From: Alphaproteobacteria bacterium
GTDB taxonomy: Bacteria > Pseudomonadota > Alphaproteobacteria > SHVV01
NCBI GenBank assembly: GCA_965261735.1
Contig: OZ253470.1
Location: 2,176,001-2,240,000 of the forward strand
Direction: 5' to 3'
Length of the DNA: 64,000 bases
Made by a program: the position numbers and the translations under genes. Shown in pieces: positions 19,863-29,801 of the stretch. The notes under the pieces are model-generated. The model saw only the letters and a list, made by a program, of their open reading frames with translations, did no database searches and had not been told where the DNA came from. Position 1 is the first letter of the stretch; every line of letters begins with the position of its first letter.

Positions 19863-20648
19863 ATGAAGGGTGTCATCAACTACGTCTTCGAGCGACCCAC
19901 GGCCCACCGCACGATCGTCGTCATCATCTTTTTCATCTTCTGGGAGTGGGCCGCGCGCAACGCCAATCCGCTCTTCATCTCCTATCCGACGGCGATCTTT
20001 GTCGCGTTCTGGGAGCTGCTGCTCAACGGCGAGCTCATCCGGGCGTTCCTCGCCAGCATGGTGCCGTTCGCGATCGGCATGGCGATCTCCATCGCCGGCG
20101 GCATCGCCCTCGGTGTCGTCATCGGGCAGTGGTGGTTCTTCGAGCGCACGCTCGATCCCTTCGTCAACGCGCTCTACGCGATCCCTCGGGTCGCGCTGGT
20201 ACCGCTCATCATGCTGTGGGCCGGCCTGGAAACCACGGGCAAGGTCACGATTCTGGTGTCCATCGCCATCTTTCCGGTCCTCATCAACACCTACTCCGGC
20301 ATCAAGGACGTGCGCGGCTCCTTCCTCGAGATCGGCAAGGCCTTCGGCGCCACGGAACGCGAGATCTTCGTCAAGATCACGATGCCGGCGGCGGTTCCCT
20401 TCGTCATGGCCGGCATCCGCATGTCGGTCGGGCTCGCCATCATCGGCATGGTCGTCGCCGAGTTCTTCACCGCCATCACCGGGCTCGGCGGTATGATCGT
20501 CGAATACGCTAACGTCTTTGCCACCGACAGGCTGTTCGTGCCGATCATCCTCATCGGCCTCATGGGCGTCGGCCTGACCGAGCTGGTGATGTACATCGAG
20601 CGCCGGCTCTCGAAGTGGCGCACCCTCGAGCGCGACCGCATCGGGTAG
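19863..20648 (+). CDS. ABC transporter permease, NitT/TauT (SsuC/TauC) type
   Basis: YAIPRVALVPL, INTYSGI, EIGKAFGA EAA-like loop, VVAEFF..GLGG. Confidence 0.92.
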   Translation: MKGVINYVFERPTAHRTIVVIIFFIFWEWAARNANPLFISYPTAIFVAFWELLLNGELIRAFLASMVPFAIGMAISIAGGIALGVVIGQWWFFERTLDPFVNALYAIPRVALVPLIMLWAGLETTGKVTILVSIAIFPVLINTYSGIKDVRGSFLEIGKAFGATEREIFVKITMPAAVPFVMAGIRMSVGLAIIGMVVAEFFTAITGLGGMIVEYANVFATDRLFVPIILIGLMGVGLTELVMYIERRLSKWRTLERDRIG

Positions 20649-20666
20649 CAAGGCGACGCGCCGGAC

Positions 20667-21125
20667 CTACAGGATCGTCGAGGGCGAGAACTCGAGGCGC
20701 CGCGTGTCCATGCGCACCGTGCGCTCGGCGAGCCGCGGCGCCGCGCCATCCAGCGCTATGTCATCGTGGTAGGTGACCACGGCAAAGAGGCGGCTCGTCC
20801 CTTGCGGATCGGTGTGATAGACGATCACCGAGCTCTCCATCCTCACCCGCGCCTCTGAGCGCTCGATCTCCCGGCAGCGGCCGGCGTGGCGGCGGTAAGT
20901 ACCGGGCACGACGAGGTGGCGCGGCAGGTCCTCGAAGCGGACGCGAAGCTGCTCCAGGCTCTGGTCGAGCCACACCATCTCCTTGCCGATCTCGTCGCTG
21001 TAGGCGGTGATGCGGTAGCGGAAGTCGGGCGCGCACAGGCCGAGCCAGGACTCGTAGGCCTCGGCGTCGAGGAGGGCGCAGGAGGCGTAGACGAGGTCGA
21101 CCAGCGCGGCCCGATCGGTGCTCAC
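20667..21125 (-). CDS. Ring-hydroxylating oxygenase beta subunit (MsmB-like, NTF2 fold)
   Basis: GTG start overlapping the alpha stop; LLDAEAYESWL, YRITAYSDEIGKEMVWLD, RTVRMDTR. Confidence 0.8.
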   Translation of the reverse strand: MSTDRAALVDLVYASCALLDAEAYESWLGLCAPDFRYRITAYSDEIGKEMVWLDQSLEQLRVRFEDLPRHLVVPGTYRRHAGRCREIERSEARVRMESSVIVYHTDPQGTSRLFAVVTYHDDIALDGAAPRLAERTVRMDTRRLEFSPSTIL

Positions 21126-22330
21126 GCCGCCCCCGCGGCCCCCGCGGCGGCGAGCGGATCGCGCGCCGAGCGTCCCATGCGGCGCTCCCACTCGGCGTAG
21201 TACTGGCGCAGGTTGGCCTCGTCGTGGGCCATCAGGTTTTCCTCGCGCGCGATCACGCTGTAGCTCGCGCTGCCGTAGGTCGCCTCCTGCTGGATAATGG
21301 CGGCGGCGTTGTCCTCGGGCACGTTCCAGCCGAAGGGCCCCCACAGCGTGTTGTGGTCGTTGTAGCGGGCGAGGCGCGCCGCCTCGGGCTCGCCCTTGAC
21401 GCCGATGCCGCGAAACTGCACCAGTGTCCGATCGACGCCGTGCGGCGTCATGGTGTCGATGCGCATGGCCGAATCGCGCATGATCATCGCCGTGTCGGGC
21501 CACACGTCGACGACTCGGAACTCGCGCGGCCCGAGCCCCGGCAGCGGCACTCCTTCGCGCTCCTTCTTCCAGCCCGGCTGGGCGTCGTACTGAACGATCA
21601 GGGGCCCGAGCAGCGTCGCGTGCCCGCGCCGGTAGAACTTCCAGGTGCGCTCGTGGTAGCCGGCCGCGCGGATGGTCTGGCGGCGATTAATGCTGTGCAT
21701 GAACGCGTGGTAGGACTCGCAGTTCACCTCCTGCAGGTGCTTCCAGTTCGCGTCCACGATCTGCTCGTGATAGTGGTAGACCTCGAGCGGCTCGGTGCCG
21801 AGAACAGCGGCCGCGTTCTCCAGCCCATCGCCCAGGAAATCATCGATGGGTTCGGCGTCATCGTCGAAATTGATGAACACCAGGCCCAGGCGTACCGCCG
21901 TCCGGATCTCGCGCAGGCCCATGTCCTCGGCGCGGCAGCCGGCGCTCTCGTAGGCTTCGTTGCGCGTCATCGAGACGCAGTTCCCTTGCGCATCGTACAC
22001 CCATAGGTGGAACACGCAGGTGAAGCGCGTGGCGTTCCCGTGCAGGCCCTGGACGACCTTGGCGCCGCGGTGCGAGCAGGTGTTCTGGAAGGTGCGCACC
22101 GCGCCGTCCTCGCCGCGCACGACCAGGATGGGAATGCGCGCTACCTCCATCGTGCGGTAGTCGCCGGGCTCGGCGACCTCGCTCTCGTGACAGACGAACT
22201 TCCACACCTTGTGCCAGATGTTCTCGATTTCCGCCTCGAAGATCGACTCGTCGGTGTAGATGCGATTGTCGAGGAAGTGGGTGGGGGGAAGCTGCGGGGC
22301 GCGCTCCCACTCCCGGGCCGTGCGCGACAT
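21122..22330 (-). CDS. Rieske oxygenase alpha subunit (MsmA-like)
   Basis: CSH-X17-CVFH Rieske motif; NWK..ESYHAFMH and a C-terminal ED for the mononuclear iron. Confidence 0.9.
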   Translation of the reverse strand: MSRTAREWERAPQLPPTHFLDNRIYTDESIFEAEIENIWHKVWKFVCHESEVAEPGDYRTMEVARIPILVVRGEDGAVRTFQNTCSHRGAKVVQGLHGNATRFTCVFHLWVYDAQGNCVSMTRNEAYESAGCRAEDMGLREIRTAVRLGLVFINFDDDAEPIDDFLGDGLENAAAVLGTEPLEVYHYHEQIVDANWKHLQEVNCESYHAFMHSINRRQTIRAAGYHERTWKFYRRGHATLLGPLIVQYDAQPGWKKEREGVPLPGLGPREFRVVDVWPDTAMIMRDSAMRIDTMTPHGVDRTLVQFRGIGVKGEPEAARLARYNDHNTLWGPFGWNVPEDNAAAIIQQEATYGSASYSVIAREENLMAHDEANLRQYYAEWERRMGRSARDPLAAAGAAGAA

Positions 22331-22502
22331 GCCTGGTCCCTCCCTGAAGGCGCGGCATCGAGCCGCCGGCAGATGGAGAAATCCTAGCCCTTAAGGCGGC
22401 CCGCCTCAAACGCCAAGGTGACACTGTACGATCGCGTTAGGCCGAAGACGCGACGATGACATGGTATTGTGCGCTGACACCCGTCCAAACCGGGAGAGAA
22501 AC

Positions 22503-23036
22503 ATGAAGGGCGCGGAGTTCATCCTCGATACCTTCGAGCGCAACAAGGCGGCGCTGCACCGGGAGTTCGAGGACATTACGCCCGGCGAACTTGCGTCCGA
22601 GCCCCATCCCTCGATCACCTGGCTCGCGTGGCATCTGGTGCGGGTACAGGACGTCGAGATGGCGAAGCTCGCGGGGCGCTGCCAGACGTGGATCGTCGAT
22701 GGCTGGCACGACAGGTTCGGTATGCCGTCCGACCCGCAGGACTACGGGCCGGCGCACACTCAGACGCGCGCACAGGTAAGTGCGCTCCAGGCGGAAGCGT
22801 CATTACTACTCGCCTACCACGATACGGTACACGGGCGTAGCGCCGAGTTCCTTGCCGGGCTCAGCGACGACGATCTCGACCGCGTGCTCGACGAGCCGCG
22901 CTTCCAGCCGCTGCCCACGGTGGGCGTCCGCCTCGTGAGCGTGATCAACGACAACATCCAGCACGTCGGCCAGATCATGTACCAGAAGGCGTGCCTCCGG
23001 GCCGGCGGCTGGTTCCCCAACCCGCGGCCGGCCTGA
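22503..23036 (+). CDS. DinB-family (thiol transferase-like) protein
   Basis: SITWLAWHLVRVQD ... TVGVRLVSVINDNIQHVGQ. Confidence 0.85.
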   Translation: MKGAEFILDTFERNKAALHREFEDITPGELASEPHPSITWLAWHLVRVQDVEMAKLAGRCQTWIVDGWHDRFGMPSDPQDYGPAHTQTRAQVSALQAEASLLLAYHDTVHGRSAEFLAGLSDDDLDRVLDEPRFQPLPTVGVRLVSVINDNIQHVGQIMYQKACLRAGGWFPNPRPA

Positions 23037-23066
23037 AACGATCAAGAACCCGCCGGGAGGTCGCCG

Positions 23067-23333
23067 ATGCCCTTGCTCCGTAGCCTGCTGATGCGCGCCG
23101 CCCTGCGGATCGCCTCCGATCCGCGCGTTCAGGCCAAGGCGGCAGAGGTCTACGACGGCGAGGTCAAGCCGCGCGCCGAGGCCGCCTGGTCGCGCGCCAA
23201 GCCCAAGCTTGCAGCTGCCAAGGCGGAGCTGCGCGAGGTGGCCCGCGAAGCCGACCCGCGAGGACGAGCCCGCGAGCTCGCCCGGAAGCTAAAGCGGCGC
23301 CTCGACGAGGGAACGGGCCCCAAGGATCGCTGA
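23067..23333 (+). CDS. Small hypothetical coiled protein
   Basis: 88-aa ORF, GC3-rich codons, GGGAGG SD. Confidence 0.6.
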   Translation: MPLLRSLLMRAALRIASDPRVQAKAAEVYDGEVKPRAEAAWSRAKPKLAAAKAELREVAREADPRGRARELARKLKRRLDEGTGPKDR

Positions 23334-23543
23334 TCTCGTGGGCGAGGAACGGCGCCGCCGCGACGCCCCGCCAGTGATTGCGGTCGCGCATTCCGACCGA
23401 TGAGACGCATGTGGCCCGTTCAGGGCTTGAGGTGGCGCCGCAAACCGCACGCCGTCCCCGTGCGGACACCGATGAAGACGCGTAGTAAGGTGATCCCCCA
23501 AATGCTGTCGGTGCAGGCGGTATTGACGAGAGCGGGGCACACG

Positions 23544-23926
23544 ATGAAACGGTACATATTGATGGCGGCAATAGCGTCCGCGGTAGGCTTGTTGGCGCCT
23601 CAAACCACTGCGGCGGACGAATTCGCATTTGATTTCGAATGGGGGGACATCTCCCTATGTACCACCGGGTATCCGAATCGAGTAACGAACCCGATCTTTT
23701 CAATGTTGGCTGTGCCCGCCGGCACACCGACCTCGATGCACCCAATTACAACCACGGTGGCGGGCGCGTAGCGTACTCGGGTCAACAAACCATTCAGCCG
23801 GGTGCGTTTAAGTACGACAGCCCATGCCCGCCCAACGGCCAACATAGGTATCGCTGGACCGCGCGTGCGAGAGACAAGGACGGCAAGACGCTCGCCAGAA
23901 CCAACGCAATGAAGAAATACCCGTGA
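23544..23926 (+). pseudogene. Secreted PEBP/YbhB-like protein with an internal deletion/frameshift near 23725
   Basis: Signal peptide ...VPAGT, then another frame DLDAPNYNHGGG..YDSPCPPNGQHRYRWT. Confidence 0.7.
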
Positions 23927-24550
23927 TCGGCGAGGCTGGGCGCGTCGCTCCCAATCCCGATGTTTGTTTCTTGCCTATCCGGTTAACGCCCATGACCGCT
24001 ACATGTAGGGTGCCACCACTCTCCCGAGTAAAGCTCGGCATAGGTTGGAGCAGAGGTGTCGCCCGCGATGCCGAGCAATGAGCGGAAGGCGTTGAACGGG
24101 TAGAACCGCCTGTTGAAGCGGAAGGTGAACTCGTTGAGGTAGGCTTGTAGGTGCTGGTGGCTAACGCCGTGGTGGATACCGATCAGCCACGTCTTCAGGT
24201 TGGCGAAAACCAGATGGATGATCGGCAGGTATTGCTCGGCAACCTCTGGATCACCACACTCGGCAACAGCGAAGTGCTCATAGCCGCGCTTACCGAGGCC
24301 AGCATAGCCGCTCCAATCGTCAGTAACGATCAGCGATCGCGGCGCGACGGTGCTCTCGACGAACCCACAGAGCGACTCGGCGCTACGGTCGAGCACGACG
24401 GCGAGCCGAACGCGTCCGGCATAGCGTCCGTCTTTCCGGTTGTCGAGCTTGGTGCCCGGCTTTCGATGACGCACCTCGATGGCACAGGTGAGGTGGCCTC
24501 GGTTTGTCGGACAGCTTGGCGGCTTGATTAAGGTGTATTCCAGTTGTCGT

Positions 24551-25486
24551 TCATGCCGCCAGAATCCCTTTGCATCGATCTCCTTGCCGTTGTTGTTGCG
24601 CCTGTGGGGATGTGGGCAAGGCGCGTAGCGGCTTGTCCATCATATCCACAGGCGGGGCGCCGCGGTAGGCCTCGGCCGGCGTTTCCCCCCCGAGCGCCGA
24701 GTGCGGCCTCTCGGTGTTGTAGAAGTCGATCCACTCGCCGATGACGCGCCGGGCCTCGAAGCCGTCGGCGAGCTCGCGCAGATAGACGGCCTCGTATTTG
24801 AGCGAGCGCCACAGCCGCTCAATGAAGATGTTGTCCAGGCACCGGCCCCTGCCGTCCATCGAGATCCGGATGCCGGTCTCCCGCAAGCGCCCGGTGAAGG
24901 CGAAGCCGGTGAACTGGCTGCCCTGGTCGGTATTGAAGATCTCCGGCGTGCCATGGCGGGCCAGCGCCTCGTCGAGCGCGTCTGTGCAGAAGCCCGCATC
25001 CAGGGTGTTCGACAGACGCCAAGCCAGCACATGCCGGTTGGCCCAGTCCATGATCGCCACCAGGTAAAGAAAGCCGCGCCGCACCGGGATGTAGGTGATG
25101 TCGGCGCACCAGACATGGTTCGCCCGCTCGATCGTCAAGCCTCTGAGCAGATAGGGGTAGACCCGGTGCTCGGGATGCGGATCGCTGGTGCGCGGCGCCC
25201 GATAGATCGCCTGAAGCCCCATCAGGCGCATCAGACGACCGGCCCGGCGACGACCGACGCGCACGCCCTCGCGGCGTAGATGACGGACCATCTGACGGGC
25301 GCCGTAGAACGGATACTTCAGGAACAACTCATCAATGCGCCGCATCAGCGCCAGGGTCTCCGGGCTCTCGCCCTTGGGCGTGTAATAGAGCGAGGAGCGT
25401 CCGATCGACAGCAAACGGCATTGACGGCTCAAGCTCAGCGCCGGGTGAGCGCGTATCACCATCGTTCGCCTCTCGGCCCGGCTCAT
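24551..25486 (-). CDS. IS3 transposase OrfB (DDE)
   Basis: WCADITYIP, IFNTDQGSQF, DNIFIERLWRSLKYE. Confidence 0.95.
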   Translation of the reverse strand: MSRAERRTMVIRAHPALSLSRQCRLLSIGRSSLYYTPKGESPETLALMRRIDELFLKYPFYGARQMVRHLRREGVRVGRRRAGRLMRLMGLQAIYRAPRTSDPHPEHRVYPYLLRGLTIERANHVWCADITYIPVRRGFLYLVAIMDWANRHVLAWRLSNTLDAGFCTDALDEALARHGTPEIFNTDQGSQFTGFAFTGRLRETGIRISMDGRGRCLDNIFIERLWRSLKYEAVYLRELADGFEARRVIGEWIDFYNTERPHSALGGETPAEAYRGAPPVDMMDKPLRALPTSPQAQQQRQGDRCKGILAA

Positions 25487-25764
25487 CGACCGGACCCTCG
25501 AGACAAAAAATCCCGCTCCACCGTCAACTCGCCGATCTTCGCGTGAAGATCACGGATCTCGCTCTCATGGTCCCGACGGCGGCGCTCGCCCCCGTTCGAA
25601 AACACTTCGCCAAGACCATCGATCGCCTGCCGCTTCCATGTGCTCACTTGGTTCGGATGAACCTGGTGCTGCGAGGCGATCTCCTGAAGCGTCCGGTCGC
25701 CACGAAGCGCCTCAAGCGCGATCTTCGCCTTCAGCTCCCCGGAAAACCTGCGTCTCTTACTCAT
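25483..25764 (-). CDS. IS3 transposase OrfA
   Basis: RRRFSGELKAKIALEA HTH, LHAKIGELTVERDFL; T6 slippery run at the 3' end. Confidence 0.93.
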   Translation of the reverse strand: MSKRRRFSGELKAKIALEALRGDRTLQEIASQHQVHPNQVSTWKRQAIDGLGEVFSNGGERRRRDHESEIRDLHAKIGELTVERDFLSRGSGR

Positions 25765-26431
25765 CGCGTATCCCTCCTCAGTCGGCGGAATACACCTTAA
25801 AAACCTGTCCGATTTTCCGGGGCCACCTCAAGGAGACGGGAACCTTGTGGTGAACACCACGGCCTTCCCCACGCGTTCGCCCGCCAACCCAGGTTTCGTC
25901 CACCTCAACATGGTTCTTGGGCTGTCCACCGATCCTGTCTTGGTTGGGCCGCACCATGCCCGAGCGGAGCTTGTGGAGAATTTGAAAGGCCGTCTCGTAG
26001 CGCGAAAGACCAAGTTGCCGCTGAAACTGCACGGCGGACATGCCGGGCGTCTGACTGGCGACCAGATAAGCGGCCCAGAACCAGACGTTCAGCGGAGTGT
26101 GGCTACGCTCCATCACTGTTCCCACCGTCAGCCCGGTGTTCTGGCGGCACTTGCGGCAGCGCAGGACGCCAGGGCGGTTTTCAAAGTGGAACGGCTCTCC
26201 CGCCGTGCCGCAGTGCGGGCAGGCAAAGCCGTCTCCCCAGCGGGCTTTCTCCAGGTAGGCGGCGCAGGCCGCATCATCGGGGAAAAGTCGCTGGAACTCG
26301 GGTAGCGAATGCGGGAATGGGAGATCGGCGCGGTCGAGAACATCCATGGCGCGCTCCCCTATATCCGGTTTGCACCCATTCTAGCCCTAGTGGGTGTGGG
26401 TGTAAACCGGATAGGAAGGTTTGTTTTTAGC

Positions 26432-26824
26432 CTATGAGCGGGCATCCGGGCCGGGGAGGCCCGACCTCCGGCCTCGGGAGCCATCGACGGACTCGGCGAA
26501 GACGAGGTAGCGCAGCGGACCCCCCGGCGTTAGGGCATCGAACGGATAGCACGTCGCAAGGACGAGCCTCCGGCGCGAGCCGATGACGTCAATGCGGACC
26601 CTTCGCGCATCCGCGACTTCGGTCGCCGTCACACGGAAACGGCGCGCGACACCGGTGTGATCCTCGACATAGAGCTCGTCGCCAGTCTGGAGACGTGCCA
26701 GGAAACGGAAATGGGGATCGCGATGCCCCGCGATGAGGCTCGTCCCGGGCTGGTCGGGCAGCGGCGAGCCGTCGACGTGTCCGGGCCCGAAGGCGAGCGT
26801 CCTGCCGCTGCCGCCGGCGAGCAT
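26432..26824 (-). pseudogene. Class GN sortase, 5'-truncated
   Basis: LAFGPGH, IAGHRD.HF, LVLATCYPF, GGPLRY (His/Cys/Arg); no N-terminal anchor. Confidence 0.85.
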
Positions 26825-27069
26825 ACAGATCGGCCAGGACGCTCATCGAAACCTCCGCCGCCGTCGCGCTCGGCCAGTCGACACGAATGTCCGTGAGCAC
26901 CGGGTGCTCGAGCTTGGCCAGCAGGCTCGCCATGCGGTCGCCGACCTCGTGGAGCTCGCCGATGTAGGTGAACGTGCCGCGGCCGGTCTCGGCCGCCTCT
27001 TGCATGAAGTAGCTGTTGGGCGCCGTGCCAATGCCGATCGTAAAGAGGCCCGCGCCGGGCCGTTCGTCG

Positions 27070-28174
27070 CTTGCCTATCCGGTTAACGCCCATGACCGCT
27101 ACATGTAGGGTGCCGCCACTCTCCCGAGTAAAGCTCGGCATAGGTTGGAGCAGAGGTGTCGCCCGCGATGCCGAGCAATGAGCGGAAGGCGTTGAACGGG
27201 TAGAACCGCCTGTTGAAGCGGAAGGTGAACTCGTTGAGGTAGGCTTGTAGGTGCTGGTGGCTAACGCCGTGGTGGATACCGATCAGCCACGTCTTCAGGT
27301 TGGCGAAAACCAGATGGATGATCGGCAGGTATTGCTCGGCAACCTCTGGATCACCACACTCGGCAACAGCGAAGTGCTCATAGCCGCGCTTACCGAGGCC
27401 AGCATAGCCGCTCCAATCGTCAGTAACGATCAGCGATCGCGGCGCGACGGTGCTCTCGACGAACCCACAGAGCGACTCGGCGCTACGGTCGAGCACGACG
27501 GCGAGCCGAACGCGTCCGGCATAGCGTCCGTCTTTCCGGTTGTCGAGCTTGGTGCCCGGCTTTCGATGACGCACCTCGATGGCACAGGAGACGGGAACCT
27601 TGTGGTGAACACCACGGCCTTCCCCACGCGTTCGCCCGCCAACCCAGGTTTCGTCCACCTCAACATGGTTCTTGGGCTGTCCACCGATCCTGTCTTGGTT
27701 GGGCCGCACCATGCCCGAGCGGAGCTTGTGGAGAATTTGAAAGGCCGTCTCGTAGCGCGAAAGACCAAGTTGCCGCTGAAACTGCACGGCGGACATGCCG
27801 GGCGTCTGACTGGCGACCAGATAAGCGGCCCAGAACCAGACGTTCAGCGGAGTGTGGCTACGCTCCATCACTGTTCCCACCGTCAGCCCGGTGTTCTGGC
27901 GGCACTTGCGGCAGCGCAGGACGCCAGGGCGGTTTTCAAAGTGGAACGGCTCTCCCGCCGTGCCGCAGTGCGGGCAGGCAAAGCCGTCTCCCCAGCGGGC
28001 TTTCTCCAGGTAGGCGGCGCAGGCCGCATCATCGGGGAAAAGTCGCTGGAACTCGGGTAGCGAATGCGGGAATGGGAGATCGGCGCGGTCGAGAACATCC
28101 ATGGCGCGCTCCCCTATATCCGGGTTGCGCCCATTCTAGCCCTAGTGGGTGTGGGTGTAAACCGGATAGCCATG
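27070..28174 (-). mobile_element. IS1595-family element copy 2 (complete, 1105 bp)
   Basis: 22-bp imperfect TIRs; 8-bp TSD GTTCGTCG (27062-27069 / 28175-28182). Confidence 0.95.
27083..28102 (-). CDS. IS1595-family transposase
   Basis: Zn finger CPHC..CRKC, VEVDETWVGG, IVTDDW, HLQAYLNEFTFRFNRR. Confidence 0.95.
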   Translation of the reverse strand: MDVLDRADLPFPHSLPEFQRLFPDDAACAAYLEKARWGDGFACPHCGTAGEPFHFENRPGVLRCRKCRQNTGLTVGTVMERSHTPLNVWFWAAYLVASQTPGMSAVQFQRQLGLSRYETAFQILHKLRSGMVRPNQDRIGGQPKNHVEVDETWVGGRTRGEGRGVHHKVPVSCAIEVRHRKPGTKLDNRKDGRYAGRVRLAVVLDRSAESLCGFVESTVAPRSLIVTDDWSGYAGLGKRGYEHFAVAECGDPEVAEQYLPIIHLVFANLKTWLIGIHHGVSHQHLQAYLNEFTFRFNRRFYPFNAFRSLLGIAGDTSAPTYAELYSGEWRHPTCSGHGR

Positions 28175-28407
28175 GTTCGTCGATGAGGCGAAAGAGCGCC
28201 GCCTCGTTGCCGACGGCCCCGTCGGTCAGGAAGACCACCTGCCGGAGGTAGCCTTGCGGAGGCGCGCCCGCGAGCGCCGCCATTAGCGCCGGCGCCATCT
28301 CGGTGCCGCCCGAGGCCGACAGGGCGCGCACGTAGCGCCGTGCGCGGGCGAGTCTCTCCGCCTCGACGGCAAGGGGCTGGGCGAACAGTGCCGAGGTCTC
28401 GTCCGCG

Positions 28408-29801
28408 GGTTGTGTCTCGAAAGTGGTGGAAATTGGTTTTGGCGCCTCTCCGAGCGGGTTGAGTTTTGCGGCGGTCAGGCTGCGCGGTCAAGGGTTTCGT
28501 CGGCGATTAGCTGATCGAGGGTTTCCCATCCATCGACTTTGCGCATCTGGATTTGGCCGGAAGCGAGGAGTGCCCAGAGGAGCATCGGCACTGTTTCGGG
28601 ACACGGCAGCACGGTCTGTGTTTTGATCCGGCGCTTGAACTCCTCGTTGAGACGCTCAATGGCGTTGGTCGTTCGGGCTGATTTCCATTGGCTCTTGGAC
28701 AGGCGCGTGAAGGTAAAGAGCTTGTCGCCCGCTTCTGCGAGGCTGTCCGCGACGGCCCTGCATTTCAGCCGCCACTTGCGGACAAACGCCTTGCGGCGGG
28801 TTTCCACCTCGGAGGCAGTGTCGGCATAGATCATATCGCGGTAATCTTCGCTCAGCTCGTCATGCATGTGTTTGGGAGCATGACCCAGAAGGTTGCGGTG
28901 CTTGTGCACGGTGCAGCGTTGAACGGGAAGGTCATCGCCCCAAAGCGCCGACAGAGCCGCCTCCAGTCCCGGCGCGCCATCGACGATGACAAACCCGGGC
29001 CGTTTCAGTCCACGCGCATCAAGGTCGTCGAGGAACTGGCGCCACGCCGCCTGGCTTTCTCCGCCCATATTCCCGATCGAAAGCAAGACCTTCTGGCCAT
29101 CCCGGCGCACCCCTATAGCCGCGAGAACCGAGATGTTGGTGGCCTTGCGGTCCAGTCGGGTCTTGATCACAGTGCCGTCAAGGATCAGCCGAACGATATC
29201 CTCATCCGCGAGGCCACGGCTGCACCAGGCGTCCCAATCGACCTTCACCTTGCGCCACGCCCGGCTCACAACGTCCTTGCTCACAGCACCCCGGAAGAGC
29301 CCGAACAGCGCGCGTTTCACCCGCCGCGTGTTGGTTCCGGACAGATACACCGAAGCGATCAGCGCCTCGGCCTTTCTGGTCAGCCGCTGGTAGCGCGGCA
29401 GCGCCCGCGAACGCCATTCCGACGCCCGACCGTCTTCCTCAACGATCCGCGCACGCGGCACGCTCACCCTCTCGGTCCCGAATGTCCCCGTCAGTTGCCG
29501 CTCCCGGTGCCCGTTCCGATACCCTTGCCGAAGCGCGTCCTCTCGACCGTATCGGCAGCGCCCGAGAAACTGCGCAAGTTCCTCCTCAAAAACGGCCTCG
29601 ATCGTGGATCTGATGTTCTCCCGCAGCCGGTCCTCGAGCGGATCATAGCCGGCGTCATTGGCCAGTAGCGAAAGCGCGGAAGTCTCGGTAGTGTTCTTCA
29701 TGGCGTGATCTCCTTGGCGGTGCTAGCCGCCGATTGGGTGGTTGTCTTGTCACCCGGAGATTACGCCATCCTCAAATTTCCACCACTTTCGAGACACAGC
29801 C
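28408..29801 (-). mobile_element. IS256-family element
   Basis: TIRs GG(T/C)TGTGTCTCGAAAGTGGTGGAAATT; 8-bp TSD CGTCCGCG. Confidence 0.95.
28475..29701 (-). CDS. IS256 transposase
   Basis: YRNG, LILDG, IVDGAPGL, QRCTVH, TTNAIERLNEEFKRR. Confidence 0.95.
   Translation of the reverse strand: MKNTTETSALSLLANDAGYDPLEDRLRENIRSTIEAVFEEELAQFLGRCRYGREDALRQGYRNGHRERQLTGTFGTERVSVPRARIVEEDGRASEWRSRALPRYQRLTRKAEALIASVYLSGTNTRRVKRALFGLFRGAVSKDVVSRAWRKVKVDWDAWCSRGLADEDIVRLILDGTVIKTRLDRKATNISVLAAIGVRRDGQKVLLSIGNMGGESQAAWRQFLDDLDARGLKRPGFVIVDGAPGLEAALSALWGDDLPVQRCTVHKHRNLLGHAPKHMHDELSEDYRDMIYADTASEVETRRKAFVRKWRLKCRAVADSLAEAGDKLFTFTRLSKSQWKSARTTNAIERLNEEFKRRIKTQTVLPCPETVPMLLWALLASGQIQMRKVDGWETLDQLIADETLDRAA

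Larger units (their letters stand above)
24489..25830 (-). mobile_element. IS3-family element nested in IS1595 copy 1
   Basis: TG...CA ends, TIRs TGAGGTGGCC(T/C)CGG...TCGGACA, 3-bp TSD AGG. Confidence 0.95.
23970..26418 (-). mobile_element. IS1595-family element copy 1, interrupted by IS3
   Basis: End CTTGCCTATCCGGTTAACGCCC; 8-bp TSD GTTTGTTT (23962-23969 / 26419-26426); transposase halves 23983-24488 and 25831-26347. Confidence 0.92.
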
